Positions 10,196 through 21,307 of a stretch of DNA of 64,000 nt are shown here, one piece after another. Position numbers and translations under genes: made by a program. The DNA comes from Clostridia bacterium (lineage in GTDB: Bacteria; Bacillota; Clostridia; Saccharofermentanales; UBA5734). The stretch lies in contig JAXGXQ010000001.1 of the NCBI GenBank assembly GCA_040772685.1, positions 449,930 to 513,929 on the forward strand, read 5' to 3'. The notes beneath the pieces are model-generated. The model searched no databases. It saw only the letters and a list, made by a program, of their open reading frames with translations, and was not told the origin of the DNA. Positions within the stretch are counted from its first letter, which is position 1. The number at the start of each line of letters is the position of its first letter.

Positions 10196-11733
10196 GCGGT
10201 TGCCTCTAATGTCAGTAAACTGCCGTCGCGACTATATTGGCGGTTGCGATAAACGCAGCTGACAGAAATGCCGGTTGCCAGTTCGCCGGGATGCCGTTTA
10301 CTTATTAACGCGGCTGTGCGGGAAAGCAGTCTGCTGTCTGGTGATAAAAGCAGTAGAATCCGCAGATGCATCTGGTAGTTCAGTGAAAGCGCCTGGTGGC
10401 CTGCCTTTTGCTTGAAACTTAGCCGTTCACCGTTCAGCAGGCGGCCGTAGTCACTAAAGCCACTTCTGAGTCCATCGCAAATTAACAGGATATAAGCCAT
10501 AATCTGCGGATCGACAACGATACTGGTTGTTGCTGCCAGTGCGGCGGAAATAACAGCGGCAGTTGCCTGGTATCCGGCAATTCCCTGATCACTTAAGAGC
10601 TTGCGCCCAACAAACAGTGCTGCCCGATAAACTATCAAAATTGCTTTAACCTGGTTAATGGCGCTGGCCGGCGATTTTGCTCCAGTTAGAATCTGCTCGA
10701 CTTCGCCAGCCTGGCGGCCAGGAAAATCTTTTAAAGGCGAACCGGAAAGGTTGCGAAATACCGTATGCGCAACTGGCTGCTGTCGATTTGACAGTATCGT
10801 AGCTCTGCCTGGCTTGCCGGCTGACCAGAAAGTGTTAAGGATGTATTCGCGGATTGCCAGTCTGTTGTACAAACCGCCACTCGGCAGTGTCATTGCCGAG
10901 CTTAAGAGTTCCGTAAAACCGGCCAACTGTTCTGGTTCAAACAAATTCGGCATTGTCACCAATTGCTGGTGCTCACTGTCAGCAGCGCAATCGTTGACAT
11001 AGCGTCGGTATTGATCCAACGCTTCCTTGAGTTCCTGATCAAGCAGCCCATAAACAGCGTTACTTAGCAGTTGAGGAATCGCTTCTGCAACTGTCGTAAT
11101 TTCTTTGACAGGCGGCTTTTCCGGTTGTTGTGCATTATTTCCTTTAGGCGGTTCAGATTCTGAATCATGTGTTTTATCTGAATTTCCAATATCAACATTG
11201 GGATAAACAACTGCAGCCGGTTCAGCAGAACCAGAACCGAAGCTGAAGCCTGTTTGTTCGGCAATCGTACGCAAAGCCGTTGCCGGCAGGCGTAAACGCA
11301 TAAAAGTGAGAATGCCTTCCTTGAGGACATCCGGATCGGAGAGCGATTCACCAACAGCCTGGCTAAGTTGCAGTTGCGCTCCCCGCAGATGCTCCGGCAG
11401 TATTCGTTCAAAGCAATCCTCACGCTTGTTGCTGTCGAACGACAATAAACCAAATTCAGTGTAAAGCGCTTTGTTGAAGCCTGCCAAACGGCTCTGGACC
11501 TGGCCCGACAAAGCTCGGTCGATATCAAGCAGGTCGGCCTGCAGCCGGGCGCCCCCAAACAATGTTGTAAGAATCAGAATCAAAGGCAGAGAGATTATGG
11601 TCAACAACAGAACAGCGCTTCCCTGCCGCCTGCGGAGAGTTTGAGGAAAACCCTGACGCCTTACGGACTTGTTTTTGCTTGCCCGGTATCTGCGCTGCAC
11701 ATATTTGTTTGCTGTCTTACTTTTTCGCCTCAT
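10192..11733 (-). CDS. TadG-like/uncharacterised membrane-anchored protein
   Basis: 513 aa. A basic N-terminus is followed by QGSAVLLLTIISLPLILIL (TadG-like N-terminal anchor) and a Pro/Glu-rich linker. A C-terminal region carries hydrophobic helices. It is translationally coupled on both sides. Confidence 0.55.
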   Translation of the reverse strand: MRRKSKTANKYVQRRYRASKNKSVRRQGFPQTLRRRQGSAVLLLTIISLPLILILTTLFGGARLQADLLDIDRALSGQVQSRLAGFNKALYTEFGLLSFDSNKREDCFERILPEHLRGAQLQLSQAVGESLSDPDVLKEGILTFMRLRLPATALRTIAEQTGFSFGSGSAEPAAVVYPNVDIGNSDKTHDSESEPPKGNNAQQPEKPPVKEITTVAEAIPQLLSNAVYGLLDQELKEALDQYRRYVNDCAADSEHQQLVTMPNLFEPEQLAGFTELLSSAMTLPSGGLYNRLAIREYILNTFWSAGKPGRATILSNRQQPVAHTVFRNLSGSPLKDFPGRQAGEVEQILTGAKSPASAINQVKAILIVYRAALFVGRKLLSDQGIAGYQATAAVISAALAATTSIVVDPQIMAYILLICDGLRSGFSDYGRLLNGERLSFKQKAGHQALSLNYQMHLRILLLLSPDSRLLSRTAALISKRHPGELATGISVSCVYRNRQYSRDGSLLTLEATA

Positions 11734-12035
11734 TGTTTAATCAAGCCGAGAATTTTCATGTCATCAATAACAGCAGTTATCAGACAAAACATCAGCTTAG
11801 GCGAAGTCAGCAAAACTTCCCTGCCAGCTGCAGCGGGCTCGTCTGTCGTCGCTGTTGCTGAAACTTCCGCTAACAGGTACAACGTTGCTGGATCAGCCGT
11901 CAGGCGGGCTGCCTGGCGAAAGCAGCCGGCAGTAGCTACTGCTTGCCGGTAACAGTTAATAGCCGGTGGTACTGTGCCCAGAATCAAACTTATCGTCATG
12001 GGCAGCACCAGAGCCGCTTCGAGTGTAAATGCCAT
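11730..12035 (-). CDS. small TadE-like pseudopilin-like protein
   Basis: MAFTLEAALVLPMTISLILG N-terminus. A GGGAGG RBS sits 7 nt before the ATG at 12035, so the track's GTG at 12044 is less likely. Confidence 0.55.
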   Translation of the reverse strand: MAFTLEAALVLPMTISLILGTVPPAINCYRQAVATAGCFRQAARLTADPATLYLLAEVSATATTDEPAAAGREVLLTSPKLMFCLITAVIDDMKILGLIKQ

Positions 12036-12181
12036 AAAAAACACCTCCCGCGTTATTGTCGCAGGAGGCGTAATTAACTTGTTTATTATCTTGGCGTCAG
12101 GAAGCGACAGGTGCCGCTTTCATCATTTCAGTGTACTTCTTGGCGCCGAACTTGACGCCGCGCTTGACGCTGCTGTTGAGA

Positions 12182-12910
12182 TTACCTTGGCAGCACCTTC
12201 GACAGGAATGCCCGGGTACGCTCTTGTTGCGGATTGTCGAAAATCTGCTCAGCGCTGCCTTGCTCAACAATCATCCCCTCATCCATGAAAAAGATGCGGT
12301 TGCTGATCTGGCGGGCGAAGCCCATTTCGTGGGTGACGATCACCATGGTCATGCCTTCGTTAGCCAACTCGCGCATTACTTCCAGCACTTCACCGATCAT
12401 TTCCGGATCAAGCGCCGAGGTTGGTTCGTCAAACAGCATTGTTTTCGGATTCATCGCCAGAGCCCGCGCGATTGCGATTCTCTGCTTCTGCCCGCCTGAC
12501 AAACGTCCGGGGTACTCATTGATCTTGTCCATCAGGCCGACACGTTTGAGCAGATAGTCGGCTTTTTCACGTGCCTGCTCCTGATCCATCAGCTTAAGCT
12601 GCAAGGGAGCCAGCGTAATGTTTTCCAAAACTGTCAAATGCGGAAACAGGTTGAAATTCTGGAATACCATGCCCATATGACTGCGCACTTTATTAATGTC
12701 TACCTTTGGGTCTGTTACTACAACATCATCGATAGTGATTTTGCCGGATGTTGGTGTTTCCAATAGATTCAGGCAACGCAGAAATGTGCTCTTGCCGGAA
12801 CCGGACGGCCCAACAACGACAATCTTTTCGCCGTCATGAATAGTTTCACTGATGTCTCGTAAAACTTCCAGGTCACCAAATTGTTTGTACAGGTTTTCAA
12901 CGGTTATCAC
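12182..12910 (-). CDS. amino-acid ABC transporter ATP-binding protein
   Basis: Walker [10 protein letters not shown], signature LSGGQKQR, and Walker [16 protein letters not shown] at 12910 lies 10 nt after AAAGGAGG. The track's TTG at 12919 is too close to the RBS. Confidence 0.9.
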   Translation of the reverse strand: MITVENLYKQFGDLEVLRDISETIHDGEKIVVVGPSGSGKSTFLRCLNLLETPTSGKITIDDVVVTDPKVDINKVRSHMGMVFQNFNLFPHLTVLENITLAPLQLKLMDQEQAREKADYLLKRVGLMDKINEYPGRLSGGQKQRIAIARALAMNPKTMLFDEPTSALDPEMIGEVLEVMRELANEGMTMVIVTHEMGFARQISNRIFFMDEGMIVEQGSAEQIFDNPQQERTRAFLSKVLPR

Positions 12911-13607
12911 TGCGTGCAAGCCTCCTTTCCAGCATATTCATAATCTTGGTCAGGAGGACCACAACAATGAGGTAAATCAGCGCCACAGCCAGCAGGGGCA
13001 GCAGCGGGTCAAAGGTACGCGCCCGGATCAGGTCACCGGCACGGGTCAGGTCGGCCACGGCAATGTAACCGGCCACAGCGGTTTCCTTAAGCAGAGTAAT
13101 CAGTTCATTAAACAGCGTGGGCAGAATATTTTTGACAGCCTGCGGCAGAATGATCTTCCGCATGGTTATGCCATAGTTGAGGCCCAGTGAACGTCCGGCC
13201 TCCATCTGGCCACGGTCAACCGATTGAATGCCGGCCCGGAAAATTTCCGCGACGTAGGCACCGCTGTTAAGGCCGAACGCCAGCGCGGCCACCAACACCT
13301 TGTCGATGGTCACACTGGCGAAAATTACGTAATAGATAATCAGTAGCTGGACGACAACCGGTGTGCCGCGGATCACAATCAAATAGGCGTCCGCTAACTG
13401 ACTGAGCACCGGAATCTTGCGTCCATGCAGCTGCGAGACCTTGATCAGTGCCAGAAACAGACCGATGACGACACCGAGCAAAGTGGCCAATACTGTAATC
13501 TTGAGCGTAACTCCAAGACCTTCGACCAACCACATCCAGCGGTTATCAACGATAAAATCGTTTATGAAGTTTTCTTTCAGCGTACTGAGGGTCAATGCAG
13601 CTATCAT
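12897..13607 (-). CDS. amino-acid ABC transporter permease
   Basis: 236 aa and polytopic, with the EAA-like loop ([23 protein letters not shown]) typical of polar amino-acid permeases. Confidence 0.9.
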   Translation of the reverse strand: MIAALTLSTLKENFINDFIVDNRWMWLVEGLGVTLKITVLATLLGVVIGLFLALIKVSQLHGRKIPVLSQLADAYLIVIRGTPVVVQLLIIYYVIFASVTIDKVLVAALAFGLNSGAYVAEIFRAGIQSVDRGQMEAGRSLGLNYGITMRKIILPQAVKNILPTLFNELITLLKETAVAGYIAVADLTRAGDLIRARTFDPLLPLLAVALIYLIVVVLLTKIMNMLERRLARSDNR

Positions 13608-13613
13608 CTTTGC

Positions 13614-14534
13614 TTACTTCTGGCTGGATTTGCGCATCAGCACAACCTGCCTGGCATCAGTGTAAGGATCGGAGAAAGAAACGTTAACTTTACGGTCATC
13701 ACTGACTGTCATACCGGCAGCAATAACTTTGATCTTACCGCTTTTAACGGCCGGAATCAGGCCTTCAAAGCTCATATTCTCAACCACCAGCTCCATATTG
13801 AGTTTCTTGGCTACTGCAGCCATGATGTCAATATCAACGCCGATAATGTCGTTGCCCTGTGTATATTCGTAAGGCGGGAATGTAGGTTCTGTACCGATCA
13901 CAAGCTTGCCGCCACTGGCGCCAACATTGAAATCGGGGGCTTTGCCGTTTTGGCCGACATGTGATTCTTTGAATTTGACAATGCTGTCACTGGCTTTAAG
14001 TTCAGCGATAACTTCATTGATCGTTTTCAACAAATCCTCAGAACCTGTTTTGGCAACGCCCATGGCATACTCTTCAGGTTCAAAACCAACATCAAGAACC
14101 ATCAGATCAGTGTTCTGCTCAGCATAGGCGGCAGCAGTGTCCGCATCCATAATCATGCAGTCAACTTTTTTCTGCTTCAAAGAGCTTACAGCGTCAACAT
14201 AAGCAGTAAAACGCTCGACAGATTTTGCCTTAATTTCGTCAGAAGCGATTTCGTCGCCGATTGTGCCCAACTGAACACCAATCACTTTGCCCTCCAGGTC
14301 TGCCTGACTGCCGATTTTGATAGCGTCAGACGCAGTTGTTGTCGGGGCGGCAGTGGTGGGTGCTGTTGTTACAGCAGTTGTGCCAGCGGTGGTACCGGCA
14401 GTTGTACCAGCGGTTGTGCCAGCGGTTGTGCCGGCAGTTGTAGCAGTGGTCGTGGTTGAACCAGTGCCGCAGGCGGTCAGGAAAATCATGCTCATGACCA
14501 GGATTACAGAAAGTACCAAACTAATTCTTTTCAT
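13614..14534 (-). CDS. amino-acid ABC transporter substrate-binding lipoprotein with a Thr/Ala-rich linker
   Basis: Signal peptide plus lipobox (MIFLTAC|G), then the linker TTTATTAGTTAGTTAGTTAGTTAGTTAVTTAPTTAAPTTTA, then a family-3 binding domain. A GAAGAGGAG RBS precedes the ATG at 14534. Confidence 0.85.
   Translation of the reverse strand: MKRISLVLSVILVMSMIFLTACGTGSTTTTATTAGTTAGTTAGTTAGTTAGTTAVTTAPTTAAPTTTASDAIKIGSQADLEGKVIGVQLGTIGDEIASDEIKAKSVERFTAYVDAVSSLKQKKVDCMIMDADTAAAYAEQNTDLMVLDVGFEPEEYAMGVAKTGSEDLLKTINEVIAELKASDSIVKFKESHVGQNGKAPDFNVGASGGKLVIGTEPTFPPYEYTQGNDIIGVDIDIMAAVAKKLNMELVVENMSFEGLIPAVKSGKIKVIAAGMTVSDDRKVNVSFSDPYTDARQVVLMRKSSQK
14377..14448. repeat. 6 x 12-bp imperfect tandem repeat encoding (AGTT)n in the lipoprotein linker
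   Basis: The plus strand reads gttgtgccagcg/gtggtaccggca/gttgtaccagcg/gttgtgccagcg/gttgtgccggca/gttgtagcagtg. Confidence 0.9.
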
Positions 14535-14628
14535 TACTTGCTCCTCTTCAACTTTTATCACGGTGCGAATTTAAATCACATCACGGTGAATGTTCACGCA
14601 TCTCAAATTTATATCGTATTATGCTTGT

Positions 14629-14660
14629 AATTGCAATTATTGAAGCCAGAAATTGCAATT
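14629..14660. promoter_or_regulatory. two identical 10-bp palindromes AATTGCAATT, 22 bp centre-to-centre (candidate operator pair)
   Basis: Perfect palindromes at 14629-14638 and 14651-14660. They lie in the gap between the pheT stop and the ABC transporter operon start. Confidence 0.35.
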
Positions 14661-14722
14661 TTCTTCAGCTGTCTAATACTGCGGCCTTTTTTGTTGCAGC
14701 AGTTTAATGTCGGCGCGAGCAA

Positions 14723-17149
14723 TTACTCGCGCAGCTGGGCTGCAAAACTCGTTTTGGCAACCGCGATCAGTTCCTGGATTACCGGCGCGATTTCTTCTTC
14801 TTTCAATGTGCCGTCAGCTTTACGGAAAACTAGGCTGAAGGCTACGGATTTCTTGCCTTCCTGCACCTGCTGGCCCTGATAGATATCGAATATTTCCACC
14901 GATTCGAGATATTCGCCGCCTTTAGCACGTAACAGATTCAAAAGATCACCTACCGGAACATCCGCGTCCATCAGGAACGCCAAGTCGCGGGTGACAGCCG
15001 GGAAGCGCGGCAAAGAACGGCAAGTGCGTGCGACAGTGGCCTTTGCAATCAGAGGCTCCACCAGCAAATCCAAATATACAGCCGTTTCAGGCACCTCGAA
15101 ATCAGCCGCTACATCCGGGTGCAAAGCGCCCAGGCGGCCAACCTCCTGGCCCTCCAGCATAATCAAGGCCGAGCGACCGGGATGCAGTGAAGGATCGTCG
15201 GTCAAGCGTTTGAACTCCGGTTCGGGTAGGCCGAGCCGTGCAAAAACTTCCAGCGCGGCAGCTTTTACTTCAAAGAACAGGCGGCCGTCCTTCTGGTTAT
15301 GATCGAGATCGTAGGCAATCCCCGCCAGATGTTCAGCCTCATTCGGCAGTTCAGTCAAGGGCAGGTTGTGTGGATGATAAGTAAACGCGCATTCATAAAG
15401 CTGAACAAGTCTGTTACTGCGGCTGTGGTTAATTGCCGCGCATTCCAGCAGACTCGGCAGCATGCTGGTGCGCATTACCGCAAAATCTTCGCCCAGCGGG
15501 TTACGAATCCTAACCTGCCGACGCTGCGGCGCCTCGGCCGGCAGACGCAGGCGGTCCAGCTGGCTGGGGCTTTCGAAGGAAAAAGTCATGGCCTCATAAA
15601 ACCCGTTTTCTTCCAGAGCGTCCTGCATCAGACGACGCAGAACCTGACCGGTTGTAAGTGCACCCAAAGTAGTTTGTTTACCCGACAAAAGTGTCGGTTT
15701 GATTTCGTTATAGCCATAAAAGCGCGCGACTTCTTCAGCCAGGTCGGCCATGCACTCCAGGTCAGGCCGGAAACTGGGAATAGAAGCAACTGCGCTGGTA
15801 CCGCTTGTTTGCAGTTCAACGCCAAGACGTTTAAGTATTGTTTCCATAAATTCTGTGCTGATATCAGTACCCAGTAAATTGTTGATCTGCGCCGGCTCGA
15901 AGTTAATGCTCACAGGTTTCGGCTGCACGGGAAAAGCATCGATCACGCCTGCAGCGATCTGGCCGCAACCCAGTTCTTCGATCAGTTCACAAGCACGGTC
16001 CAGCGCTCTGGTAACCTGATGCGGGTCGAGCCCTTTTTCAAAGCGAGATGACGACTCAGTGCGCAGTCCAACCCGTTGCGCTGTACGGCGCACGCTGACT
16101 GGAGCAAAGTTGGCTGATTCCAGTAAAACAGTGCTGGTATCAGCCTTTACTTCCGAATTTTCCGCACCCATGACGCCGGCTATGGCCACTGGCCGTTTGC
16201 CATCGGCGATTACCAGCATGTCAGCCGTCAGCTGACGCTCCACCCCGTCCAGGGTTTTCATCGGCTCACCGGCTTTAGCCCGGCGCACAACAATTCTTGC
16301 ATCATTTAGGTCACGCAGGTCAAAGGCATGCATCGGCTGGCCCAGTTCGAGCATTACATAATTGGTGATATCAACCAGATTATTGATCGGCCGCATTCCG
16401 GCTGCGCGTAAACGGCGCTGCATCCAGAGCGGTGAGGGCGCGATTTTAACATTGGTAGCGATACGGGCGGCATAGCGCGGACAAAGGTCTGGTGCTTCAA
16501 TCGTCACGGACGCGAATTCAGCAGCACTCTTATTCTCTTCAGCCTTTACTTCAGGAGAACGCGGCGTGAAAGGCAGCTCGAAAGAAGCCGCAGCTTCGCG
16601 TGCCAGTCCTTCAGCACAAAAACAATCCACCCGGTTGGAAGTGATCTCAAATTCAATCTGCGTATCACGCAGGCTCAGAACATCGCGCACATCCGCTCCT
16701 AATTCAGTTGTTGCGGGCAGAATGAAAATTCCGTGTTCAGGCACATCAAAACCAGGGAAATCAGCAGGTGCGTAGCCAAATTCCTGGGCAGAAACCATCA
16801 TGCCCTCCGAAAGCACGCCACGCAGCTCGCCGGTTCGGATAACAACGTCACCCGGCAGTTTGGCGCCGTCCAAAGCTACAGGTACAACAGCGCCTACATA
16901 GACATTGTCGGCGCCTGTTACGATATTAAGGCTGCCGCTGCCGGTATCAACCTTGCACACCAGCAGTTTGTCGGCGTTCGGATGTTTTTCGATCGACGTA
17001 ATTCGAGCGGCAACGACATTGGTGATGTCAGAGCCGAGTTCAACAATATTCTCAACTTTGGAGCCGGTCAGAGTCATTCTGTCAGCCAGGGTTTTCGAGT
17101 CCATGTTCAGCGGGGTAAAATCGCTGAGCCATTCCATTGAAAGCTTCAT
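14723..17149 (-). CDS. pheT: phenylalanine--tRNA ligase beta subunit
   Basis: 808-aa ORF with an N-terminal tRNA-binding (OB) domain and B3/4, B5 and C-terminal FDX-ACB regions. It lies immediately downstream of pheS. Confidence 0.95.
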   Translation of the reverse strand: MKLSMEWLSDFTPLNMDSKTLADRMTLTGSKVENIVELGSDITNVVAARITSIEKHPNADKLLVCKVDTGSGSLNIVTGADNVYVGAVVPVALDGAKLPGDVVIRTGELRGVLSEGMMVSAQEFGYAPADFPGFDVPEHGIFILPATTELGADVRDVLSLRDTQIEFEITSNRVDCFCAEGLAREAAASFELPFTPRSPEVKAEENKSAAEFASVTIEAPDLCPRYAARIATNVKIAPSPLWMQRRLRAAGMRPINNLVDITNYVMLELGQPMHAFDLRDLNDARIVVRRAKAGEPMKTLDGVERQLTADMLVIADGKRPVAIAGVMGAENSEVKADTSTVLLESANFAPVSVRRTAQRVGLRTESSSRFEKGLDPHQVTRALDRACELIEELGCGQIAAGVIDAFPVQPKPVSINFEPAQINNLLGTDISTEFMETILKRLGVELQTSGTSAVASIPSFRPDLECMADLAEEVARFYGYNEIKPTLLSGKQTTLGALTTGQVLRRLMQDALEENGFYEAMTFSFESPSQLDRLRLPAEAPQRRQVRIRNPLGEDFAVMRTSMLPSLLECAAINHSRSNRLVQLYECAFTYHPHNLPLTELPNEAEHLAGIAYDLDHNQKDGRLFFEVKAAALEVFARLGLPEPEFKRLTDDPSLHPGRSALIMLEGQEVGRLGALHPDVAADFEVPETAVYLDLLVEPLIAKATVARTCRSLPRFPAVTRDLAFLMDADVPVGDLLNLLRAKGGEYLESVEIFDIYQGQQVQEGKKSVAFSLVFRKADGTLKEEEIAPVIQELIAVAKTSFAAQLRE

Positions 17150-17166
17150 TTATCATTCACCTCGCA

Positions 17167-18198
17167 TTATTTGAACTGTGCCAGAAAACGGACATCGTTT
17201 TCGTGGAACAGGCGGATATCGTCAATGCCGTAGCGGGCCATAGCGGTGCGTTCAACGCCGATACCAAAAGCAAAACCGCTGTAAACATCAGGGTCAATCC
17301 CGCAATTTCTCAGAACTTCGGGGTGAACCATGCCGGCCCCAAGCACTTCGATAAACCCTTCAGATTTGCAAGTGCGGCAGCCGACACCGCCGCAGGTCCA
17401 GCAGCTGACATCTACTTCACAGCTGGGTTCAGTAAACTGGAAATGATGCGGACGCAAGCGGATTTCGGTATTTTCACCAAACAGCTTGCGGGCAAACAAC
17501 TGCAATGAACCGACAAGATCACCCATAGTTACACCTTTGTCGACAACCAGACCTTCAATCTGATGAAAGATCGGCGAGTGAGTCGCGTCAAGCGTATCGG
17601 AGCGATAAACTTTGCCGGGGCAGACTATTTTGATCGGCGGCTGCTGTTGCTCCATCACTCGGATCTGAACCGGTGAAGTCTGCGAGCGCAGCAGGATTTC
17701 GTCTGTAATATAAAAAGTATCCTGTGAATCGCGCGCCGGATGGTCTGCCGGAATGCGCAGCATTTCAAAGTTGTAGTGATCGAGCTCAACTTCCGGACCT
17801 TCGGCAATCGTAAAGCCCAAGCCCATAAATACACCGCAGATTTCGTCGACGACGCGGGTCAGCGGGTGACGCCCGCCCAAAGCGCGCCGCTTGGCAGGCA
17901 GTGTGATATCAATAGTTTCACGAATCAGGCGTTGCTCCTGCTCAACCGCGTGCAGTTCAGCCTGGCGGTCAGCCAGAGCCTGCTCGATTTCAGCACGGAC
18001 TTCATTGGCAACCTGTCCGACCAACGGCCGTTCTTCAGCTGACAAAGCGCCCATGCCGCGCAAAATTTTTGTGAGTTCGCCTTTTTTACCAAGATAGCGA
18101 ATGCGCAGCTCTTCAATCTCTTTTTGAGAACTGATATTGCCGGCCTGCTGCAAAAACTCAGACTTCAGGGTCAGCAATGATTCTTGCAAGGGATTCAT
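17167..18198 (-). CDS. pheS: phenylalanine--tRNA ligase alpha subunit
   Basis: MNPLQESLLTLKSEF start with a GAGGAGGA RBS, and class II motifs (FRIPADHPARD, GxGxGxER-like GFAFGIGVERTAM). The upstream part of the 400-aa track ORF is the T-box leader, not coding sequence. Confidence 0.95.
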   Translation of the reverse strand: MNPLQESLLTLKSEFLQQAGNISSQKEIEELRIRYLGKKGELTKILRGMGALSAEERPLVGQVANEVRAEIEQALADRQAELHAVEQEQRLIRETIDITLPAKRRALGGRHPLTRVVDEICGVFMGLGFTIAEGPEVELDHYNFEMLRIPADHPARDSQDTFYITDEILLRSQTSPVQIRVMEQQQPPIKIVCPGKVYRSDTLDATHSPIFHQIEGLVVDKGVTMGDLVGSLQLFARKLFGENTEIRLRPHHFQFTEPSCEVDVSCWTCGGVGCRTCKSEGFIEVLGAGMVHPEVLRNCGIDPDVYSGFAFGIGVERTAMARYGIDDIRLFHENDVRFLAQFK

Positions 18199-18214
18199 TA
18201 TATTTTCCTCCTCA

Positions 18215-18480
18215 GGTTTGATGCTGTTTTGACGTAAAAAAACCTTCTGCCCCACACGGGACGGAAGGTTATTCCGCGGTACCACCCGAATTCCGCGACT
18301 CAGAGCCGCGGCACTCCAACAACCGTTTTCGGGGCTGAACCGTCTGCGTCTACTGCCTAAAGCCATCAACGAGCCGCTCCGGAGTGAACTTCACGTTTTC
18401 CTGCCCGGGCGGGTTTTCAGCCAATGACCCTTCCCTCTCTGCCGGCCGGAGACAACGCTACTCTCTCCATCTGCGCGTTA
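18215..18480 (-). promoter_or_regulatory. T-box leader (candidate Phe UUC specifier) upstream of pheST
   Basis: The minus strand carries an AGAGAG box (GATGGAGAGAGTAGCG), GAAGUUCA in the specifier region (about 18385-18393) and the T-box core AAUUCGGGUGGUACCGCGG (18271-18292). That core overlaps the terminator's 5' arm. Confidence 0.85.
18234..18270 (-). terminator. intrinsic terminator of the T-box leader
   Basis: The minus strand reads AACCTTCCGTCCC-GTGT-GGGGCAGAAGGTT followed by TTTTTTT. Confidence 0.8.
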
Positions 18481-18505
18481 GCAGTTATAATAACATCAAA
18501 ATGTA

Positions 18506-19222
18506 TCAAAGTAAATTGAAATTGCCCTGCAGATAAGGGTTTGTCTCTCTTTCGCGACCAATTGTAGTGGCGGGTCCATGACCGGGATAAACCTGCACAC
18601 TGTCCGGCAGCTCCATCAAGCGGGCCAGAGAGGCCGCCATCGCCTTTGAGTCGCCTCCCAGATCCAGCCGACCGATTGAGCCCTGAAATAATGTGTCACC
18701 GCTAAACAAACTGAGCGGTTTTTTGCCTTCCAGCAGCAACAAGCAAATGCCGCCGGGAGAGTGGCCCGGCGTCGCAATTACCAGCAGCTTGTGATTGACG
18801 TCCAGTTCTATTTCGTCACCATCTACGAGCAGGCGGTCTGCCGGCTTCTGGCGTAACGGGCGGCCTGCCAGCTGACTGGCATTGGCCAGCGGATCTGTCA
18901 GTGCGTTGGCATCGTCAACATGAATCCACAAAGGTGCACCGGTTAACTTGCGCACGGCATCGGCTCCGGCAATATGATCGAAATGACCATGTGTACAGAT
19001 AATCGCGCTTAGATGGGGCAGCTCAGGCATAATTACCGAAGGCTCACTGCCCGGATCAATCAGGACATTATTTTCGTCGGTTTCTATCAAATAGGCGTTG
19101 GCCTCGAAAACTCCCATGGGAAATGCCCGGATGCGGGGCCGTTTAGCCGGCTGGGCAGTGCCGCCGGTTGAATCAGCGATAAAACGAGCTTGAAGCTTAT
19201 TTAGGTTTTTGGAAAAATACAT
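18506..19222 (-). CDS. MBL-fold metallo-hydrolase (glyoxalase II-like)
   Basis: HxHxDH motif (ICTHGHFDHIAGA) and a later GHSPG. A GGAG RBS sits 7 nt before the ATG at 19222. Confidence 0.8.
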   Translation of the reverse strand: MYFSKNLNKLQARFIADSTGGTAQPAKRPRIRAFPMGVFEANAYLIETDENNVLIDPGSEPSVIMPELPHLSAIICTHGHFDHIAGADAVRKLTGAPLWIHVDDANALTDPLANASQLAGRPLRQKPADRLLVDGDEIELDVNHKLLVIATPGHSPGGICLLLLEGKKPLSLFSGDTLFQGSIGRLDLGGDSKAMAASLARLMELPDSVQVYPGHGPATTIGRERETNPYLQGNFNLL

Positions 19223-19305
19223 TGACGAACTCCTGTTGAGATACCCGAGGTAAACAAAATCAGCTACTTTAACTACTTTACCATGTTTTGGAGATTTCAA
19301 CAGGT

Positions 19306-19742
19306 TCAGCGTTCCAGCAGAATTGTCACAGGGCCGTCATTTTGTAAGCTCACCAGCATATCAGCACCAAATTCACCCTTTTGAACAGGCACCCCGAATT
19401 TGGCAAGTTCTGCCATAAAATGTTCATACAGCGGCTCAGCTTCAGTCGGTAAAGCTGCCGGTTCAAAGCCCGGGCGATTTCCCCTAGTGGTATCGGCGTA
19501 TAGTGTAAATTGTGAAACCACCAGCGCCGCGCCGCCACAATCCAGCAATGAGCGGTTCATCTTACCTTCTTCATCTTCAAAAACACGCAGTCGCGCGCAT
19601 TTTCCTGCCAGCCAGGTACTCGCCGCAGTCGTATCGCCTTTGGCCACTCCCAATAAAATGAGGAGACCAGAACCGATGGCGGCAATGGACTCCCCCTTAA
19701 TACTTACTTGTGCTGCTTTAACTCTTTGAACCAGCGCCCGCA

Positions 19743-19743
<1 letters not shown>
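19306..19743 (-). CDS. dtd: D-aminoacyl-tRNA deacylase
   Basis: 145 aa. [15 protein letters not shown]...GLLILLGV...[13 protein letters not shown] is the Dtd signature. The start overlaps the gdhA stop (TAATG). Confidence 0.93.
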
Positions 19744-21095
<1,352 letters not shown>

Positions 21096-21196
21096 TTATG
21101 GTCAAGCAGCATTGCACTTCTAATGTACCACGCTGACACTGAGCAGATCTGGCTGATTGTTGTAAACATTTTAGTACGCGGCTATTTTCATGTCAA

Positions 21197-21231
21197 TAAA
21201 AAATGCAGGAACGAATGTCATTTCCTGCATT
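21197..21231 (-). terminator. intrinsic terminator after the PBP2/MGS-like operon
   Basis: The minus strand has an ATGCAGGAA..TTCCTGCAT hairpin followed by TTTTTT (the plus-strand A-run at 21197-21202). Confidence 0.7.
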
Positions 21232-21307
21232 TATGTGCATATTATCAGTTTTAATTCATTGTTTCTGCGAGTTTTTGATATTTTTACTGCAGTTCAGCGC
21301 CTGAAAG

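Noticed and set aside
11064-11558. A 164-aa same-strand ORF in an alternative frame of the 513-aa TadG-like gene.
   Set aside because: It is fully embedded, has no RBS, and translates to a Cys/Arg-rich sequence. The main frame is translationally coupled to both neighbours.
14317-14574. The regular short repeats looked at first like a possible CRISPR or minisatellite locus.
   Set aside because: The units are 12 bp, contiguous without spacers, and lie in frame within the lipoprotein linker, encoding AGTT repeats.
18199-18369. The N-terminal 57 codons of the 400-aa pheS track ORF.
   Set aside because: This stretch contains the T-box core and its terminator. The conserved PheS sequence and a GAGGAGGA RBS begin at 18198.
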